Assembly (NCBI GenBank): GCA_048772705.1
Contig: JBLWGC010000141.1
Location: 7,533 to 71,532 of the forward strand
Reading direction: 5' to 3'
DNA length: 64,000 bases
Source: Leidyana gryllorum EB-2025a
Taxonomy: Eukaryota > Protista > Apicomplexa
In this document: positions 12,182 through 25,554 of the stretch, piece after piece
Layout of the letters: the number at the start of each line of letters is the position of its first letter
How positions within the stretch are numbered: position 1 is the first letter of the stretch
The notes under the pieces: model-generated
What the model saw: only the letters and a program-made list of their open reading frames with translations
Databases searched by the model: none
Told to the model about the DNA's origin: nothing
Made by a program: the position numbers and the translations under genes

Positions 12182-13329
12182 AACGGTAGAACTCGGCATG
12201 CCGCAGGCAGTGGCTTCACATACGGTTCAGCGAGCTTTACTAGGACTCCTCGCGCTGTCCGAACCCGCGGTCTCTCCATTGAAAGTCTTGCGCTCTACGG
12301 ACTGAGCTAGGGCGGCAAACGAAGCTCTAGACTTAGTTACACCCTATTTGCCGTTGGGCGGAGCAGTGGAAGTCATTGGACCGGTGGAACAATGTGCTTC
12401 AGTAACTTCCGTTAACATTGCCTTCTTAGCTTGTGGCAGAGCATCCGCTTAGTAAGCGAAAGGTCGCCGGTTCGATTCGGGCAGAAGGCTTACAACTGTT
12501 CCCTTCTGCGCACACTTAGCAGTGCGTCGTTTCGATCGACGGACCTTTGGGTTATGAGCCCAACACTCTTCACTGAGCTACACTGCTTAGTTTGCAACAT
12601 GGAAGAGGGAGCCGAAATGCGATTTTTGAGAGGTTAGTTGCGCTGACTGCCCTACCGAAGTGGGCTAACGAGGTGGCTGTGTTGATTCAGAGGGGACCTC
12701 GTTCCGTCGGGTCAACCGACGACCAAGAGGGCTGTTCTGGGAATCGAACTCAGGACTCTCTCCACCCTAAGGAAGGATTATACCACTAGACCAAACAGCC
12801 GCCTAGCCGGGGTTCAACCCGCTGGGTACAGTCGAGAGACTCGTCTCACTATGTGAAGTCTTACTCAATCCCATGAGGTGGGCACAAAGGGAGGCTAGCC
12901 CAGATGATGAGACGGTGGCTTAGTATACGAAAGGTTCTGGGATCGATTCCCAGCCCATCCAAGCTACATAGATGGAACCCTCGCCGGAGTAGTCTAGTTG
13001 GCCTATCAACGCTGTCCATCAGGTTGAGTAGTAGTTTGCCGATCACCCCTCTACTTCCGGTGGGACGGAATCGAACCGCCGACTATCTGATGCCAGCACT
13101 ACAGTCGGATGCTCGACCAACTGAGCTACCCCGGCCGTCCAACTGCGCCGGGGTTCGGAAGGCTCAATCCCAGATCCTCGCCCTTTCGGACTGCGGTCTG
13201 AGCACAGCGCCTCAGACAACTCGGCCATCTTGCCGGGATGTTGTTGGCTCGCCGCTCCACGCGTTTTCTATCCTTGGAATCTCAAAATGGAAGGACGTTT
13301 GGGGTTGGAGGCCGGCGTGTTTGCGAGCG

Positions 13330-13401
13330 TCCGAGATAGTATAGTGGTTAGTATTTCCGCCTGTCACGCGGAAGACCCGGGTTCGATTCCCGGTCTCGGA
13401 G
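13330..13401 (+). tRNA. tRNA-Asp(GTC)
   Basis: Intact cloverleaf. Confidence 0.92.
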
Positions 13402-13456
13402 CACAGTTGGTTTCGCTTGAGATTCTCTTCTTTGGTTCTCGCTGAAAGTTGCGAGC

Positions 13457-13529
13457 TACAGCCACCGAGGATCGAACTCGGGACCTTCTGCGTGTTAAGC
13501 AGACGTCGTAACCACTAGACCATGGCTGC
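13457..13529 (-). tRNA. tRNA-Val(AAC)
   Basis: Intact cloverleaf. Confidence 0.9.
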
Positions 13530-13821
13530 AGGGATGGTCCCCGCAGCCCAAGAGAAGTGGCGAAGCTTCAGGGAGTGGTGAGGACCAGTTCAAGGGTCGC
13601 GCCGGGATCGAACCCAGGTCGGAAAATCCAAAGTGTCGAGTGCTAACCACCAAGGACGCAACCGGTTCAGCCCATCCCAGAAGAGTCGGACTAGCGCTTC
13701 CTCAACTGGACACATGCAACACGGGTCTTGTATACAGACCCCAGCGTAAAGCGTTGGATTCGAGTCGGCCAAAATCCTCAGTTCAAATCATTGAACCAGA
13801 TGCGCTCTCCCCGAATGCTAC

Positions 13822-13903
13822 CGACAAGGGTGAGATTCGAACTCACGCGGGTAGAACCCAACGGCTTAGCAGGCCGCCGCCTTAACCACTCGGCCACCTT
13901 GCC
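13822..13903 (-). tRNA. tRNA-Ser(GCT)
   Basis: Intact, long variable arm. Confidence 0.9.
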
Positions 13904-14012
13904 GACGACATGTCTTACTCGCTGGCACTTTTTCACAACGGTTTGGGGTCCTGGTCAAGCTTGCTGAACCGTATGTGACATCACTGGCCGCAAAATGCCG
14001 AGTTCGACAGGT

Positions 14013-14094
14013 GGCAACTTGCCCGAGTGGTTAAGGGGGTAGACTCGAAATCTACTGGGCCTGGCCCGCGCTGGTTCAAATCCAGCAGTTGTCG
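14013..14094 (+). tRNA. tRNA-Ser(CGA)
   Basis: Intact, CT CGA AA. Confidence 0.9.
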
Positions 14095-14158
14095 TGCGAT
14101 GTGGTGGAAATGGTGCAATTCCCAGCATCAAAAACTCATATGGGTCGAGACAGGGAAT

Positions 14159-14230
14159 GCCTCCTTAGCTTAGGGGCAGAGCATTCGCTTTGTAAGCGAA
14201 AGGTCGCTGGTTCGATTCCGGCAGGAGGCT
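14159..14230 (+). tRNA. tRNA-Thr(TGT)
   Basis: GCCTCCT/AGGAGGC, TT TGT AA. Confidence 0.9.
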
Positions 14231-15330
14231 TCAGTCATTAGCCTAAACATGGTTGCGATCATCCGCCCGCATTTTCGGACGGCGGCTTGCACACAGCACT
14301 CTGCCATCTTGCCGAAGTGTTACCCGTTTCCTGTCCGTGAAATCTCAAAATGCGAGGACTTCTGGGGTTGGAGGCCGGCATCTTTACTAGCGTCCGAGAT
14401 AGTATAGTGGTCAGTATTTCCGCCTGTCACGCGGAATACCCGGGTTCGATTCCCGGTGTCGGAGATAGATCGTCTTCCGCTCTAGATTTCGTGATGCTCA
14501 CCTGAACGATGCGTGTTACAGCCACCGAGGATGGAACTCGGGACCTTCTGCGTGTCAAACAGACGTCGTGACCACTAGATGGCTGCACGGAGCTTCCGGA
14601 CTGCGAAAGGGGCGTGTGTCTCTGGAACCACGTATCCGATGAGCCTGGTTTTTATGTATCGGCCTAAGTTGGACGCCATGGACTAGTTTTAAGACCCTTC
14701 GGTTTGTATTCAGGAATGGAGATGTCACGCATCTGTGGTTTAGTGGTAGACTGTGTCGTTGCCACCCAGACGACCCAGGTTCGATTCCCGGCAGATGCAG
14801 AGAAGATGGCAGATGGCTGGTTGAGGCACCATTCGGGGGTTTCACGAGTGAGTTGTTGTCTGCCCCTCCAATCAGATCGCACGACAACTGCTGGATTTGA
14901 ACCAGCGCGGGCCAGGCCCAGTAGATTTCAAGTCTACCCCCTTAACCACTGGGGCAAGTTGCCAACTGTCGAATTCGACATGCCGCGAGGAGTGACCAAA
15001 TGCCCCCATGTTCAGCCTGTCCTGCGGCATTGATAGGTGTCTAAACTGACCTCTCGCCTGCCAAGTCACCGCTCTACCACTTGAGATAGCCGCCCACCCG
15101 CCAAACCTAGGTGAACTTCCAATGTGAGACCGACTCACAGTTCTCTGGCGCCTCATTCGTCAGTGCAACTGTTGTGACTCGTCCACTGTAGTCTAAGTGG
15201 CTAGGATATGCGGCTCTCACCCGCACGATCCGGGTTCAAGTCCCGGTAGTGGAAGTCCTTGCACTACGCGAGCAAAGTGGTCCAGTAATCTCCGTCAATA
15301 GAGACTGTTTCGTGATCTTCGGCTTGCATT

Positions 15331-15402
15331 GCCTTCTTAGCTTAGGGGCAGAGCATTCGCTTAGTAAGCGAAAGGTCGCCGGTTCGATTCCGGCAGAAGG
15401 CT
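15331..15402 (+). tRNA. tRNA-Thr(AGT)
   Basis: GCCTTCT/AGAAGGC, TT AGT AA. Confidence 0.9.
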
Positions 15403-15450
15403 TTGGTCACGAGCCGATCTATTCTAGACTGTTTCCCTTTTGCGCACACT

Positions 15451-15522
15451 TAGCAGTGAGTCCTTTCGATCGACTGACCTTTGGGTTGTGAGCCCAACAC
15501 TCTTCCACTGAGCTACACTGCT
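15451..15522 (-). pseudogene. Initiator tRNA-Met body with CAC anticodon
   Basis: A1:U72, TTGGG-CT CAC AA-CCCAA, ATCGAAA T-loop; G53:G61 mismatch. Confidence 0.7.
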
Positions 15523-15775
15523 CAGTCTGCAACATGGAAGAGGGAGCCGAAATGCGATTCTTGAGATGTTAATGGCCTTGAGTGCCGAAGTGGGCTAACG
15601 AGGTGGCTATGTTGGTTGTGAGGGCAACTTGTCCCGTCGGGTCAACCTTCCACTCTGAGGAAGGATTATACCAGCAGAGCAACAGCCGAATACTTGGGTG
15701 CATGCAACCGAATATACAAATGGAGATTCGAATCTACTGTGACCTTTTCCAGCTTTTTTTTGGGATGATCGCCGT

Positions 15776-15859
15776 TGCACAGAATGGGATTCGAACCCAT
15801 GCAGACTTGCGCCTACCAGAACTTGAGTCTGGCCCCTCAGACCACTCGGGCATCTGTGC
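15776..15859 (-). tRNA. tRNA-Leu(CAA)
   Basis: GCACAGA/TCTGTGC, CCAGA-CT CAA GT-TCTGG, long variable arm. Confidence 0.9.
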
Positions 15860-16132
15860 GTTACTTTCTCTCTGAGTTCCAGAAAGTTAATCGCTTCCGT
15901 TGCGACGTCGATGTCGTTCTGGGTGCGGGGTACCGCCCCGAAGTACTCTCACGGCCCGAGTTGCTTAGATGGCAACGCATGTGATTGTAGTGGTGGCATC
16001 AAATATTCGACGAGCAAATTCCGTCCGCCGGGAGTTGAGGAGTGGACTTCTTACAACGTAGTTCGTCTGACACTCCTGTTCCATTCCACCCTGATCGATG
16101 CTTTGCTACCTCTACAGCCTCGCTCAAAGATT

Positions 16133-16204
16133 GTCCGAGTCGTCTAGTGGTTAGGACAGCACGTTGTGGCCGTGCAAACCCAGGCTCGATTCCTGGCTCG
16201 GACA
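16133..16204 (+). tRNA. tRNA-His(GTG)
   Basis: GTCCGAG/CTCGGAC, GCACG-TT GTG GC-CGTGC; T-loop CTCGATT. Confidence 0.85.
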
Positions 16205-16279
16205 AGCAGTCTAAAGTGCATTGCTCTTCGACCCGGTTGAAAATACTGTTGCAGCCATGGGCAAGTCTGTACGATCGGC

Positions 16280-16350
16280 TGCACCTGCCGGGACTCGAAC
16301 CCGGGCTGCGAGCATGGGAAGCTCGCATCCTACCCTTGGACCACAAGTGC
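16280..16350 (-). tRNA. tRNA-Gly(CCC)
   Basis: CGAGC-TT CCC AT-GCTCG. Confidence 0.9.
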
Positions 16351-16623
16351 ACTCGAGAAAGAGCTTCAGCACCCCGAGACTCGGCCGCAGTCTGCGTTGA
16401 GCTAGTGGGTGCGTCAGGTACTGGCAGGTTCCAGTCTGCGACTTTGTGGCTAAGAGACTTACCCTCTGGTGGCTGAACTACGAGGCTGGGCTAAGATGAT
16501 TGGAGCTTGAGAGACTTAAGCTTTGCAGTTGAATATTTGGAGGTTAGTAGAAAAACCCGTTTTGCATGTGTGGGGAAGCTCAAGTCCGGATGGCTCTATC
16601 AACTCTTTGAGAAGGGCTGAATC

Positions 16624-16695
16624 GGTTGCGTGGTGTAGTGGTTAGCACTGGAGACTTTGAATCTCCCGACCTGGGTTCGATTCCCGGCGCGACCT
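16624..16695 (+). tRNA. tRNA-Gln(TTG)
   Basis: GGAGA-CT TTG AA-TCTCC. Confidence 0.9.
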
Positions 16696-19151
16696 TGAAA
16701 CTAGTCCTCACTACTTCGTGAAACCTCACCACTTCTCTTGGTCTGCGGGGCCTTCGGCAGCCATGGTCTAGTGGTCACGACGTCTGCTTAACACGCAGAA
16801 GGTCCCGAGTTCGATCCTCGGTGGCTGTAACTCGCGTTTGTCAGGTGAGCACCACGAACTCTAAAGCGGAAGAACGAAGTGTCTCCGAGACCGGGAATCG
16901 AACCCGGGTCTTCCGAGTGACAGGCGGAAATACTAAGCACTATACTATGTCCGACGCTCGTGGATACCCCGGCCTTCAACCCCAAAAGTTCTCCCTTCTC
17001 GAGACTTCACGGACAGAAAGCGTGTAAAGTGGCGAGCCAACAACATTTCGGCAAGATGGCCGAGTGGTCCGAGTGGCCCAAGGCGCCGATCTTCAGGCCG
17101 CAGTCCGAAAGGGCGTGGGTTCGAATCCCACTCTTGTCAGGCGTTGTATTGGCACTCGGTGAGCCATTGGATGCAACCAGCTACTAGGATCGATATCCCA
17201 GATCGTCCAGTCTTACCAGAACTTGAGTCTGGCACCTCGGACGACGCGAAATCTGTGGCGTTGTTGAGAGCTTGAAGTGCCACTGTCGAGGGTCTGAGGT
17301 TGAGCCTGCGAACCTCGACGCCGTTGGCCGGCGGTTCGATTCCGTCCCACCGGAAGTAGAGTGGTGATTGGCAAACTACTACTCAACCTATGTGCCAACT
17401 GGAGTTAATCTGGCGAAGATTCCATGCATATAGTTTGGATGGGCTAGGCACCGATCCCAGCACCTTTAGTACGCTAAGCGACCGCTTAACCATCTGAACT
17501 GGCCGCCCGCTGTGCCTACCCCATATCATTAACTAATACTTTACACATATTATGACAGTCTCTTGACTGTGCCAAGCGGGTTGAAACACCGACCAGGCGG
17601 CTGTTTGGTGTAGTGGTATGAGAAGTCCTGGGTTCGATTCCCATAACAGCCCCGTTGGTTGTCGGTTGACCCGACGCTCTACTCTCATCCAAAGCTGCAG
17701 CTGAGGAAGTTGTTCTCTGTAGTCTAAGTGGCTAGGATATGCGGCTCTCACCCGACGATCCGGGTTCAAGTCTCGGCAGTGGAAATCCAGCTGAAGATCT
17801 GCACCGCCCGCGGGGCTTGAACCCGCGACTGCAAGATTAAGAGTCTTGCGCTTTACCGACTGAGCTAGGGCGGCAAAGAAGCTCTAAACTTAGTTACACC
17901 CTATTTACCGTTGGGTGGAGCAGTGGAAGTCATTGAACCGGTGAAATGTGCTCCAGTAACTTCAGTCAATGGGAATTGATACGTGATCTCCAGCTAACAT
18001 TGCCTTCTTAGCTTAGGTGCAGAGCATTCGCTTAGTAAGCGAAAGGTCACCGGTTCGATTCCGGCAGAAGGCTTTGATGCATCGATAGGCTTATAAGAAA
18101 TGGCTGTCACCAGGTACAAGATTGAACAGGGTCCTGTTCTCTATCTTCTCTCGCTACCATCGAGATAACCCGTGTCCGATTCCCGACAGATGCAAAACGA
18201 TAGCATGATGAGTCTGTCGGCGATTCGATTCCGACCCTGGGAATGGAGAGGATCGAACTCTCGACTTCAGGATTATGAGACCTACGCGCTACCGAGTGCG
18301 CTAACGAGGTGGCTGTGTTGGTTCTGAGGGCAACTTGTCCCGTCGGGTCCACCCACGACCAAGAGGGCTCTTCTGGGAATCCAACCAGGACTCCTTCCAC
18401 CCTGAGGAGGGATCATAGCACTAGACCAAACAGCCCATCGGTCGGTGGTGCAAATGGCTGGTACAGTCGGGAGACTGGTTATAATATGTCAAGAACCACT
18501 AAATGCCATGGGGTCTGCACAGCAGGCGACTAGCTGGAATGATATAGCACTCGCTCAGCATGCGAGAGATAACTGGGATGGATGCCCAGGTCGTCCAAAC
18601 TTCTAACGGCTGCACCTGCGGTATTTGAAAACAGAGTCACGACCGAATGGAGTTGATGCCCGATCACATAACACGACAACTGCTGGATTCGAACCAGCGC
18701 GGGCCAGACCCACCAGATTGCAAGTCTACCCCCTTAACCACTCGGGAAAGTTGCCAACGGTAGAACTCGGCATGCCGCAGGCAGTGGCTTCACATACGGT
18801 TCAGCAGCTTGACTCGGAGCGCTCGCGCTGTCCGAACCCGCGGTCTCTCCATTGAAAGTCTTGCGCTCTACCGACGGAGCTGGCGCGGCAAGGAAGCTTG
18901 GACTTGGTAAAAAGTTCCTTTCGTATTGGCAACTCTTTATCAAAGATCCACTCACTTGGTCACGCCCGGGCTCAAACCGGGGACCTTGAGCTTATTAGGC
19001 TCACGCTCTAACCGACTGAGCCACGCGACCACTTCTGCGACGACAGATGGCACCTATTCACTTACTTGATGCCTCTGCGTCGCCACTGCAATCTCTAGCA
19101 TGTACTGCTGGTGTTTTGAGCCCAGCCGCCTACTCCGATGATCGCAGCACA

Positions 19152-19233
19152 CGACAACTGCTGGATTTGAACCAGCGCGGGCCAGGCCCAGTAGATTTCT
19201 AGTCTACCCCCTTAACCACTCGGGCAAGTTGCC
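19152..19233 (-). tRNA. tRNA-Ser(AGA)
   Basis: Intact cloverleaf. Confidence 0.9.
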
Positions 19234-20191
19234 GCTGTCGAACTTGGCATTTTGCGGCCAGTGGCTTCAGATACGGTTCAGCGAGCTTTACTAGGACTGC
19301 TCGCGCCGCCCAAACCCGCGGATCTCCCTTCAAAAGTCTTGGGCTCTACTGACGGAGTTGGGGCGACAAGGAAGCTCGCCCCGTACCCGAGGAAGGCCCA
19401 AGATTCAACGATCAATACGAATGGAATTTGTTACTAAGTCCGAGCTTGGTCGCCGCCCCAAGTCCGTCGGTAGAGCGCAAGACTTTTGATGGGAGACCGC
19501 AGGTTCGGGCAGCGCGAGAAGTCCGAGTCAAGCTTGTTGAACCGTATGTGACGGCCCTGGCCGCAAAATGCCGAGTTCGACAGGTGGCAACTTGCCCGAG
19601 TGGTTAGGCGGTAGACTAGAAATTTGCTGGGCCTGGCGTGGCACAATCGACCAGGTGCCATCTCCTGTGCATCTGCCGGGAATGGAATCCGGGTCGTCTC
19701 GATGGCAACGAGACATTCTACCACTAGACCACAGATGCGTGACACCTCCATCCCTGACCACAAAGTAATGAGTCTGGAGCGGGGGATGGTTTTGGGCCTA
19801 TGGCGCAACGTAGCGCGTCTGACTCCAGATCAGAAGGTTGGGTTTTCGAATCACTCTGGGCTCAATCAGACTATTTGTTTTTCCCGTGTGAGGCGCAACC
19901 TGAAAAGAGTGGGATTTGGACCCACGTCCTCTCGGAGTGCGACTTGAATACAGCGCCTTAGACCCCTCAGCCATCTTACCAGCTCGGTTTCTGTCCCGCC
20001 ACTTCAAGCGTTCCCTGTCTGTTTGAAGCTAGAGAATGGAAAGGCTGGGCTCTAAGGTTGTGGGGTCACGCGCCTCCGACATGGTATCAAAGAGTAGTCC
20101 CGCCTGCCACGCGAACGACCTGTGGGCACCAGCTGTGGGAGCGGAGCCACTTCAAATGTCAGGCTATCGGGTTTTGTGTCCTTGCATTCCT

Positions 20192-20264
20192 GCCGCCCTA
20201 GCTCAGTCGGTAGAGCGCAAGACTTTTAATCTTGCAGTCGCGGGTTCGAGCCCCGCGGGCGGTG
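20192..20264 (+). tRNA. tRNA-Lys(TTT)
   Basis: CAAGA-CT TTT AA-TCTTG. Confidence 0.9.
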
Positions 20265-20809
20265 CAAATCAATGTCTCTGGGAGTAGGAATGGAACCGTT
20301 GCCTACAAGCACACTCTGCTGGATTTCCGCTGCGGGACTTGAACCCGGATCGTGCGGGTGAGAGCCGCATATCCTAGCCACTTAGACTACAGTGGACAAC
20401 TTCCTCAGCTGCAGCTTTGGACGAAAGCCGTACCATCTTGAGATGAGATGGAGCGTCAGGTCAACCGACAAGCAACGGGGCTGTTCTGGGAATCGAACCC
20501 AGGACTTCTTCCACCCGAAGAAAGAATCATACCACTAGACCAAACAGCCGCCTGTCGGTCGTGCAACCCGCTGAGTACAGTTGAGATAGTGGTCATACTA
20601 TGTTGAGAACCAACAAATGCGATGGGGTCTGCACAACAAAATGGAAAGACTTTTGGAGTTGGAGGCCGGCGTATTTAGAGCGGCCGAGATAGTCTAGTGG
20701 TTAGTATTTCCGCCTGACACTTGGAAGACCCGGGTTCGATTCCCGGTCTCGGAGCGCAGGTGGTTTCGCTTAAGATTCTCTCCTTTGGTTCTCGCTGAAA
20801 GTTGCGAGC

Positions 20810-20882
20810 TACAGCCACCGAGGATCGAACTCGGGACCTTCTGCGTGTGAAGCAGACGTCGTAACCACTAGACCATGGCTGC
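20810..20882 (-). tRNA. tRNA-Val(CAC)
   Basis: TCTGC-TT CAC AC-GCAGA. Confidence 0.9.
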
Positions 20883-20941
20883 ACGGCAGGTCCCGCAGAC
20901 CAAAGCAAGTGGGTTTCACGAAGTAGTGAGGACTAGTTTCA

Positions 20942-21013
20942 AGGTCGCGCCGGGAATCGAACCCAGGTCGGGAGATTCAAAGTCTCCAGTGCTAACCACT
21001 ACACCACGCAACC
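20942..21013 (-). tRNA. tRNA-Gln(TTG)
   Basis: Intact cloverleaf. Confidence 0.9.
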
Positions 21014-21450
21014 GATTTAGCCCTTCTCAAAGAGTTGATAGAGCCATCCGGACTAGAGCTTCCCCACACATGCAGAACGGGTTTTTCTACTAACCTCCAA
21101 AATATTCAACTGGCTCTTGTAGCGCGGTGGGCAAAGCGTGTGATTGTTAAATAGCAGGTCCGCGGTCTCAGGCACCCTAGACCGTATTGCGATGCCAAAG
21201 TCTATCCAAGGGCTACAGGGCACAATCAAAGGCTCTCAACTCGGTAAATACATAGCGGCAGGTGCTCCAAGACCGGGAATCGAACCCGGGTCTTCCGCGT
21301 GACAGGCGGAATACTGACCACTATACTATCTCGGACGCTAGTAAACACGCCGGCCTTCAACCCCAGAAATCCTCGCATTTTGAGCGGGCAGTGGCCCCAC
21401 ATACGGCCGCGGTAGGTGCTCATCTTCACCGCCTTCCGTGACTACCTACC

Positions 21451-21523
21451 GCCCCGGTAGCTCAGTTGGGAGAGCGCCAGACTGAAGATCTAGAAGTCCC
21501 GTGTTCGATCCACGGCCGAGGCA
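21451..21523 (+). tRNA. tRNA-Phe(GAA)
   Basis: CT GAA GA; two stem mismatches. Confidence 0.78.
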
Positions 21524-22219
21524 GAGAGGTTGTGATATTTGGTGTCATCCCTCACAGCCGTGCGACTCCAGCTTGCCAGCAGCGTTCCGCAGATTCTCAA
21601 CGGGCAATCGTCCACTCATCAAGCAGGGCATGCAATAGCTCTTCTAAGTTGGAGACCGCTAGCTCAAAGGTAGAGTGCTCATTGACATGCCAGATGAGAT
21701 CGATAGACAGGTCGTCCAACTTGCATACGGCTGCACCTGCGGGAACTCAGTCCGCGTTACGACCTCAGCACGGTCGCATTTTGCCGTCAGACCACAAGTG
21801 CAGTCGAAAGATCGACAGAGGCTGTAGCACTCACAGAGACACGAGGAGAGTGTTGGGCTCATGACCCAAAGTTCCGTCGATCGAAACGACGCACTGGTGA
21901 GCGCCCGCAGGGGGACACACTTATAGAAATGATTCACAGGCGTCTTTTCTTCGAGAGCTCCCCGACCTGGTATCGACCCCCGCACATTTGGCCTGCAAAG
22001 TCACCTCTCTGGCACTTGGGATAGCCGCCTATCCGCTAAACCCAAGCGAACTTTTCCAGCCTCGGTTCCTCAACAGTGGCACTTCGAGCCCTCAAGCTCA
22101 ACACTGCGGCACAGATCGCGGTGGCCTGCGGTGCCAAACTTGAGTTTGGATGGCGCAAGTCTGCATGGCTCCGAATGGCAGCCACTCTTCTCGATTCCAC
22201 GGTTGAGCGGGACCAGGAG

Positions 22220-22292
22220 AACGGTGGGCGGGACTCGAACCCACAACCTTTGCCTCCGGAGGGCAACACGCTATCCATTGCGCCACCACCGC
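22220..22292 (-). tRNA. tRNA-Arg(CCG)
   Basis: TTGCC-CT CCG GA-GGCAA, AATGGATA D-loop. Confidence 0.85.
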
Positions 22293-23423
22293 ACAACCCA
22301 CAGCCTCACTGTCTTAAACACCTGAGTCGTCAGTATCGCCTGGCCCCACTGGTCGCCCCGAAGTACTCTCACGGCCCGAGTTGCTTAGATGGCAACGCAT
22401 GTGATTGTAGTGGTGGCATCAAATATTCGACGAGCAAATTCCGTCCGCCGGGAGTTGAGGAGTGGACTTCTTACAACGTAGTTCGTCTGACACTCCTGTT
22501 CCATTCCACCCTGATCGATGCTTCGCCACCTCTACAGCCTCGCTCAAAGATTGTCCGAGTCGTCTAGTGGTTAGGACAGCACGTTGTGGCCGTGCAAACC
22601 CAGGCTCGATTCCTGGCTCGGACAAGCAGTCTAAAGTGCATTGCTCTTCGCCCCGGTTGAAAATATTGTTGCAGCCATGGTCAAGTCTGTACGATCGGCT
22701 GCACCTGCCGGGACTCGAACCCGGGCTGCGAGCATGGGAAGCTCGCATCCTACCCTTGGACCACAAGTGCACTCGAGAGAGAGCTGCAGCACCCCGAGAC
22801 TCGGCCGCAGTCTGCGTTGAGCTGGTGGGTGCCTGAGATACTGGCAGGTTCCAGTCTGCGACTTTGTGGCTAAGAGACTTACCCTCTGGTGGCTGAACTA
22901 CGAGGCTCGGCTAAGATGATTGGAGCTTGAGAGACTTCAGCTTTGCAGGTGCCAAGTCGATGCAGTCGAGCCTTCTGCCGGAAACGAACCGGCGACCTTT
23001 CGCTTACTAAGCGAATGCTCTGCCCCTGAGCTAAGAAGGCAATGCAGGCTGAAGATCACGAATCAGTGACTAGTGACGGGGATTACTGGAGCACTTTGCT
23101 CCAGTAGCTTCCACTGCCGGGACTTGAACCCGGATCGTGCGGGTGAGAGCCGCATATTCTAACCACTTAGACTACAGTGGACACCTTCCTCAGCTGCAGC
23201 TTTGGACGAGAGCCGTACCATCTTGAGATGAGATGGAGCGTCGGGTCAACCGACAAGCAACGGGGCTGTTCTGGGAATCGAACCCAGGACTTCTTCCACC
23301 CGAAGGAAGAATCATACCACTAGACCAAACAGCCGCCTGTCGGCCGTGCAACCCGCTGAGGACAGTTGAGATAGTGGTCATACTATGTTGAGAATCAACA
23401 AAATGCGACGGGGTCTGCACAAA

Positions 23424-23496
23424 GGGCGGCTAGCTCAAATGGTAGAGCGCTCGCTTAGCATGCGAGAGGTACTGGGATCGATGCCCAGGTCGTCCA
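23424..23496 (+). tRNA. tRNA-Ala(AGC)
   Basis: Intact cloverleaf. Confidence 0.9.
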
Positions 23497-23774
23497 AACT
23501 TCGTAGTCCGCAAGTGCCGCTTTTTTACTACAGAGTTGAAAGCTTTCAAGTGTGCCCTTTACCCCTTGGCTAGACTCGGGCACCACAGTATGTGTGAAGG
23601 TTGCCTCAGAGCCCGGATTTCCGAGTTTGCATTTCACAATCACACACTCTGGCGACGAAGATACCAGAGTCAGTTACAATATTTCAAAGGTCAGTAGAGA
23701 GACGCGTGTTGCATGTGTCCAGTTGGGAGCGCTAGCCCGGATGATTCTACCGACTCTTTTGGATGGGCTGAACC

Positions 23775-23846
23775 GGTTGCGTGGTGTAGTGGTTAGCACT
23801 GGAGACTCTGAATCTCCCGACCTGGGTTCGAATCCCGGCGCGACCT
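23775..23846 (+). tRNA. tRNA-Gln(CTG)
   Basis: GGAGA-CT CTG AA-TCTCC. Confidence 0.92.
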
Positions 23847-23988
23847 TGGAACTGGTCCTCACTACTCCCTGAAACTTCGCCATCTCTTGCCATTCGTGCA
23901 GCCACGGTCTAGTGGTCTCGACGTACACGACCGTTTTACTTCAAATGAGAAGATAGAATCGAGTTGAGCGAGTGTGAGGGGCAGTTCT

Positions 23989-24060
23989 GGGTACGTAGCT
24001 CAGTGGTAGAGCAGCTGACTGCAGATCAGCAGGCTCGTGGTTCAACTCCGCGCGTGCCCT
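23989..24060 (+). tRNA. tRNA-Cys(GCA)
   Basis: CT GCA GA. Confidence 0.85.
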
Positions 24061-24371
24061 GGAGATGGGCTAAAACGCTCGAAGTTGTTGGTCCAACATT
24101 CCTGACCACAATGCAATGAGTCTGGAGCGGGGCCTATGGCGGAACGTAGCGGGTCTGACTGCAGCTTAGTAAATTGGGGGTTCGAATCACTCAATTTGAC
24201 CTCATGATCTTCCCGTATGGGGGGCAACCTGAAAAGAGTGGGATTCGGGCCGACGCCCTTCCAGTACTGCGCCGTCTACAGCTTCTTGCCAGTGTCTGAA
24301 TGGCTCTGATGTTTGATTCTAACTCAGGGGGATCCAGCATCCGGGTCGGTGCCATCTGTCGTCGCAGAAGT

Positions 24372-24445
24372 GGTCGCGTAGCTCAGTCGGTTAGAGCGTG
24401 AGCCTAATAAGCTCAAGGTCCCCGGTTCGAGCCCGGGCGTGACCA
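24372..24445 (+). tRNA. tRNA-Ile(AAT)
   Basis: Intact cloverleaf. Confidence 0.92.
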
Positions 24446-25554
24446 AGTGAGTAGATCTCTGATAAATACTTGTCCTGGACCCGAGGAAGCCTCAACATTC
24501 TGCGACCAATACGAAAGGAACTAGTTACTAAGTCCGAGCTTCCTTGCCGCTCCAGCTCCGTCGGTAGACCCCTAAACTTTCAATGGAGAGACCGCAGCTT
24601 CGGGCAGCGCCAGCAGTCCGAGTCAAGCTTGCTGAACCGTATGTGAAGCCACAGGACGCAAGATGCCAAGTCCGACAGGTGGCAACTTGCCCGAGTGGTT
24701 AAGGGGGTAGACTAGAAATCTACTGGGCCTGGCCCGCGCTGGTTCAAATCCAGCAGTTGTCGTGCGATCTGATTGGAGGGGCAGACAACAACTCACTCCT
24801 GAAACCCCAGAATGGTGCCTCAATCAACCATCTGCCACTCTGCATCTGCCGGGAATCGAACCGGGGTCGTCTCGGTGGCAACGACACAGTCTACCACTAA
24901 ACCACAGATGCGTGACATCTCCATTCCTGAATACAAAGCGAAGGGTCTTAAAACTAGTCCAGGCCGTCCAACTTAGGCCGATACATAAAAACCAGGCTCA
25001 TCGGATACGTGGTTCCAGAGACACACGCTCCTTTCGCAGTCCGGAAGCTCCGTGCAGCCATCTAGTGGTCACGACGTCTGTTTAACACGCAGAAGGTCCC
25101 GAGTTCCATCCTCGGTGGCTGTAACACGCATCGTTCAGGTGAGCATCACGAAATCTAGAGAGGAAGACGATCTATCTCCGAGACCGGAAATCGAACCCGG
25201 GAATTTCGCGTGACAGGCGGAAATACTAAGCACTAGACTATCTCGGCCGCTCTGAATACGCCGGCCTCCAACTCCAAAAAGTCTTTCCATTTTGAGATTC
25301 CACAAGGACAGGAAACGCGTGGAACGGCGAGCCAACGACATTCCGGCGAGATGGCCGAGTGGTCCAAGGCGCTGTGTTCAGGCCGCAGTCCGAAAGGGCG
25401 TGGGTTCGAATCCCACTCTTGTCAGCCGTTGTAGTCAGAATAACTTGCGACTTCTTCCCAGCATGCCCGCACGATGGGCGCGACTGCCCGCCGTGCACGT
25501 AGCACCCGGCTAACTTTTGTCGATACAACTGACACATGATTCTCCAGATAAGTT

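Larger units (their letters stand above)
7715..12231. repeat. Left arm of ~4.5-kb near-identical inverted duplication (partner 27679-32195)
   Basis: Mirror ORF pairs with constant coordinate sum 39910, e.g. 8159/31751, 10492/29418, 11773/28137. Confidence 0.92.

Noticed and set aside
18674-18755. Ser body with TGC anticodon
   Set aside because: Anticodon stem and variable arm are broken; pseudogene.
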